A stretch of 64,000 bases of DNA, from the IMG/VR virus record IMGVR_UViG_3300045988_169460, one strand, 5' to 3'. The notes beneath the pieces were generated by a model that ran no database searches, was not told the DNA's origin, and saw only the letters and a list, made by a program, of their open reading frames with translations. Of this stretch, positions 61,373-64,000 are shown one piece after another; the first letter of the stretch is position 1, and every line of letters starts with the position of its first letter. This stretch comes from a virus. The translations under genes were made by a program, and so were the position numbers.

Positions 61373-61760
61373 TTTTGTCCCTCATTTCAGCCCCGCAATT
61401 CCAGCAATATTTCTGTTCTTCCTCGGATAAATAGTCAATAGGTCCATCAGTTGCCGCAGATTCACCGCACACAGTACAACAGCCATTTTTCCAACGTCCT
61501 TGCTTACGTTCCTCTACTATAGGGGCTTCGTCTATAAGCCGTCCACATCTATCGCAGTAGTTATTGTCGTGGTATTGTACTAAATGACAGTGTTTACACA
61601 CTTTAGGCAAACACGCTTCCGTACTCTTAATAACATGTATAGCATGATATACCCCACTCACATATCCCTGCCCAAACTCCCCCTTACTTAAATCTTTATC
61701 TTCGGCTTGTGCTATTTTTCTTAGTACGTATGTTATCCATTCAGCATCTATCAATCTCAT
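61362..61760 (-). CDS. zinc-ribbon protein
   Basis: several CxxC pairs. Confidence 0.5.
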   Translation of the reverse strand: MRLIDAEWITYVLRKIAQAEDKDLSKGEFGQGYVSGVYHAIHVIKSTEACLPKVCKHCHLVQYHDNNYCDRCGRLIDEAPIVEERKQGRWKNGCCTVCGESAATDGPIDYLSEEEQKYCWNCGAEMRDKIVK

Positions 61761-61763
61761 AAT

Positions 61764-61949
61764 CTATTCACTCTCACTTTCAAGCCAATGTTTTATACCA
61801 GTTTCACATGGCATTTTTTTACAGTTTTCGCCGCCTCGTCTGTAAACACATATTTTATGACACGTATTTCTGCCTGCTACCTCAACAAATGCTACCATTT
61901 CTTCAAGGCTCATAGCTTTAATTCTTTCGTAGTTAGTCATTTCAACCAT
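61764..61949 (-). CDS. small hypothetical protein
   Basis: ORF packed on the minus strand. Confidence 0.5.
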   Translation of the reverse strand: MVEMTNYERIKAMSLEEMVAFVEVAGRNTCHKICVYRRGGENCKKMPCETGIKHWLESESE

Positions 61950-62137
61950 CCTGTGAGCAATGCTATTCCAAATAATACAAGTGTTATAGCCCCTATAGTG
62001 TGAGTAATGACATATAAGCGGCTATGTCTGTCACTGCTGTCAGTCAGAAGTACCAATATAGACCAAAAAGCTGACACTGTAATCACAATAATAGATGCTA
62101 TAACAACACAATTCATTAGTAAATAAATAAAATCCAT
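61937..62137 (-). CDS. small membrane protein
   Basis: two TM segments. Confidence 0.5.
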   Translation of the reverse strand: MDFIYLLMNCVVIASIIVITVSAFWSILVLLTDSSDRHSRLYVITHTIGAITLVLFGIALLTGWLK

Positions 62138-62192
62138 GCTATTTATTCTCCCTCACTTTTTTCAATAATTATTGCTATTACTTTTTTATAAT

Positions 62193-62570
62193 CTAGTCAC
62201 CGTTCCGTCTGTTCCATGCCGCTATAGCTTCTTTCTGTTTGGAAAAATATTTCATAGTGGAAGCACCACATTCTCGGCACTTTACAAAATAATCATCTTG
62301 GTTAATTCTAGACTCTGTGATTACTGCTTGTAGTCTTCCTTCGCCGCCGCAGAAGGGACAAGGCTTTATTTTTTGCGTTATCTTTTCACCTTCTGCTATC
62401 ATTTTTATCTCCGTTTCAAAAAAATCCTCTAAATTTTTGATAGAATAAGTAATGCCATTAATAGTTCCTTTTAAAATATAGGCATACTCTTTTTCATTAT
62501 TTTCATGTTCAAGACCTTTAAAGTATTTCAATAAACATGCTAATCTGTCTAATATTTGTTCTTTCATCAT
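62193..62570 (-). CDS. Lar-family restriction alleviation-like protein with N-terminal extension
   Basis: KPCPFCGGEG...VKCRECGAST...EAIAAWNRR. Confidence 0.65.
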   Translation of the reverse strand: MMKEQILDRLACLLKYFKGLEHENNEKEYAYILKGTINGITYSIKNLEDFFETEIKMIAEGEKITQKIKPCPFCGGEGRLQAVITESRINQDDYFVKCRECGASTMKYFSKQKEAIAAWNRRNGD

Positions 62571-62777
62571 TTACTCCTTTGTATATTTTTGGCAATAAAT
62601 ATGACCATTCATAAAAACAAAATTACAACAATTACATTTATAATTATCTTTGTAGGCGCATTTGGCATCATTATAATGCTTACAATTAACCCACGGACAG
62701 TACAATACTCTTTGCCATGAGTATTCATCTCTAACGTGCATTTGTATTATTACATCTGCTAATTTAATTGTTCTCAT
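62571..62777 (-). CDS. small Cys-rich protein
   Basis: multiple Cys; abuts the next gene. Confidence 0.5.
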   Translation of the reverse strand: MRTIKLADVIIQMHVRDEYSWQRVLYCPWVNCKHYNDAKCAYKDNYKCNCCNFVFMNGHIYCQKYTKE

Positions 62778-62788
62778 ATATTAATCTC

Positions 62789-62932
62789 CTAACATCCTTT
62801 TACAAAAATTGCATAAAACACGTCATTTGATTCAGTAAAACTATGCAAGGAATATCCTAAAATTGAGGCTTTATTTATAAATTCCATTAGTTCATAAAAA
62901 TCTTTTTTCTTCGTTCCTCGATACTGTTTCAT
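62789..62932 (-). CDS. small protein (47 aa, not in ORF track)
   Basis: ATG start; fills an otherwise ORF-free gap. Confidence 0.35.
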   Translation of the reverse strand: MKQYRGTKKKDFYELMEFINKASILGYSLHSFTESNDVFYAIFVKGC

Positions 62933-63062
62933 AATAATTCATCCTCGTTGTATAATAAAATCGTTGCGGTGTATACTTGGAAGGAACCTGTGTAGTATTG
63001 AACTGTTTGCACTGTTCACAATTAGCTTTTATGCAATAGGGGCAATAGTTAAGATACTTCAT
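62892..63062 (-). CDS. small Cys-containing protein (56 aa, not in ORF track)
   Basis: MKYLNYCPYCIKANCEQCKQF... Confidence 0.35.
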   Translation of the reverse strand: MKYLNYCPYCIKANCEQCKQFNTTQVPSKYTPQRFYYTTRMNYYETVSRNEEKRFL

Positions 63063-63297
63063 TTAATTCACCTAACTCTTTAAGTGTTAGTGATTTTTCC
63101 CCTAATGCTTCTCTAACTGCATTATAGGTGCATAAAGAATTACGTAAGTCCCAATAAAAACTTGAAATAATTTCTTCCTTAGTTCCAGAGCATAAATATT
63201 GGTCAGAATCCCCACAAGTTTCACAATACAAATCTTCGTAAGATACTTCATTTTCTGTGATAAAATAGCCTCCTAAATGGCTTTCATATAAATACAT
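63049..63297 (-). CDS. small hypothetical protein
   Basis: ATG after AGGAGGG. Confidence 0.5.
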   Translation of the reverse strand: MYLYESHLGGYFITENEVSYEDLYCETCGDSDQYLCSGTKEEIISSFYWDLRNSLCTYNAVREALGEKSLTLKELGELNEVS

Positions 63298-63324
63298 TAT
63301 AACCCTCCTAGCATAAAAATTATT

Positions 63325-63642
63325 TTACCATGTTTTTAACTCAAAATTTGTTTTACAAGTCCCTTGTTCTAAAAGTTTTTTTACAGTCTCTCCTAAATCT
63401 TCTTCTGTACACGCTTTGAGTGTTTCTAGATTTGACAAAAATATTTTCATTACTGTTCCTAAAGATAAAGCAAAACTATACATTTGAGAAATTGAAATAG
63501 TGTGTGTGTATTTGGAACAAATTAAAGTAATAGTATTAATATATTCTGAGTTATAATTACATGTGGGGCACCCATCATAACTTTCTTCGTCTGATTCTAT
63601 ATCAAGTAAATAACCATCTTTTAATTGCAATAAATATTCCAT
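63325..63642 (-). CDS. hypothetical protein
   Basis: ATG after AGGAGGA. Confidence 0.5.
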   Translation of the reverse strand: MEYLLQLKDGYLLDIESDEESYDGCPTCNYNSEYINTITLICSKYTHTISISQMYSFALSLGTVMKIFLSNLETLKACTEEDLGETVKKLLEQGTCKTNFELKTW

Positions 63643-63786
63643 AATCTTCCTCCTAAAATAAACTTAAAATAGCTGTTATTGCTAATAGTATAGCACCAAT
63701 AGATGCACAATACATTGTAGTAAAAAGTAGAGCGAAAGCTATAAGCTTAGTAGCTGTTTTTTGAAACAATTTAAAACCTTTTATAA

Positions 63787-63978
63787 TCAATCACCTCTAT
63801 TTTTATATTGATTTCTCCACAATTTGCTATGAAATAAAGGTTTATTCGGACCTATATTAACAATAGCTCCAATAATAACCAACGGAAGCATAATTGGGAA
63901 AGCAAAAATAAATAAACATAACCAACCTAAACCTGATACAAAATCATCTGCTGAGTCTCTTTTCTGCGTTTGTTTCAT
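63787..63978 (-). CDS. small membrane protein
   Basis: central TM segments. Confidence 0.5.
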   Translation of the reverse strand: MKQTQKRDSADDFVSGLGWLCLFIFAFPIMLPLVIIGAIVNIGPNKPLFHSKLWRNQYKNRGD

Positions 63979-64000
63979 AATACCAAATCCTTTCTAAATA

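Noticed and set aside
1-64000. Genome-wide TAG (amber) reassignment to a sense codon
   Set aside because: TAG ends many well-delimited genes that are followed by an RBS and the next start (e.g. 999, 24182, 34799, 36656, 41703, 43897, 50589, 56511). In-frame TAGs were found in only two ORFs (3532, 5118). A nearby ORF is broken by TAA instead. Local read-through or decay is more likely than a recoded genome.
1-64000. tRNA, rRNA, CRISPR arrays, integrase or attachment sites
   Set aside because: No GTTCGAATC-type T-arm or cloverleaf candidates in the ORF-free intervals. No regularly spaced direct repeats with unique spacers. No tyrosine or serine recombinase motifs in any ORF. This was a visual scan only, so a tRNAscan or Rfam run could still overturn it.

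Overview
AT-rich (by eye about 30% GC) dsDNA phage or prophage segment. SpoVS, XhlA, a Cheo-type LexA box and sigma-A-type promoters point to a spore-forming Firmicutes host. nt 1-59,400 is one tightly packed plus-strand block. It starts with tail-fibre genes carrying a diversity-generating retroelement (VR, TR, RT), a second tail fibre, and an XhlA-holin-M15 peptidase lysis cassette. A long early/middle region follows with a replication-recombination module: SF2 helicase, DnaC-like loader, DnaB split by a LAGLIDADG intron, DnaG primase, gp32-like SSB, HU-like protein, PolA split by two ORF-less group I introns, RecA, a Cas4-like exonuclease and two resolvase-like nucleases. The same block holds a 7-deazaguanine DNA-modification set (QueD, QueE, QueC, DpdA-like transglycosylase), SpoVS, two amidoligases, two class-II amidotransferases, and dozens of small ORFs served by about 20 near-consensus TTGACA-N17-TGnTATAAT promoters. 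nt 59,600-64,000 is a convergent minus-strand block (YopX, Lar-like, Cys-rich small proteins). The most unusual signals are: (1) an 11-nt gene-junction motif AATGGGARTRR present 19 times, so at least 16 small proteins from several families end in -WE (mostly -EWE), next to GS-like amidoligase genes; (2) promoters embedded in terminator hairpins; (3) three 9-10 nt poly-G tracts, in a methyltransferase, a tail fibre and a leader peptide; (4) an in-frame amber codon in the DGR RT. I found no rRNA, tRNA, CRISPR array or integrase.
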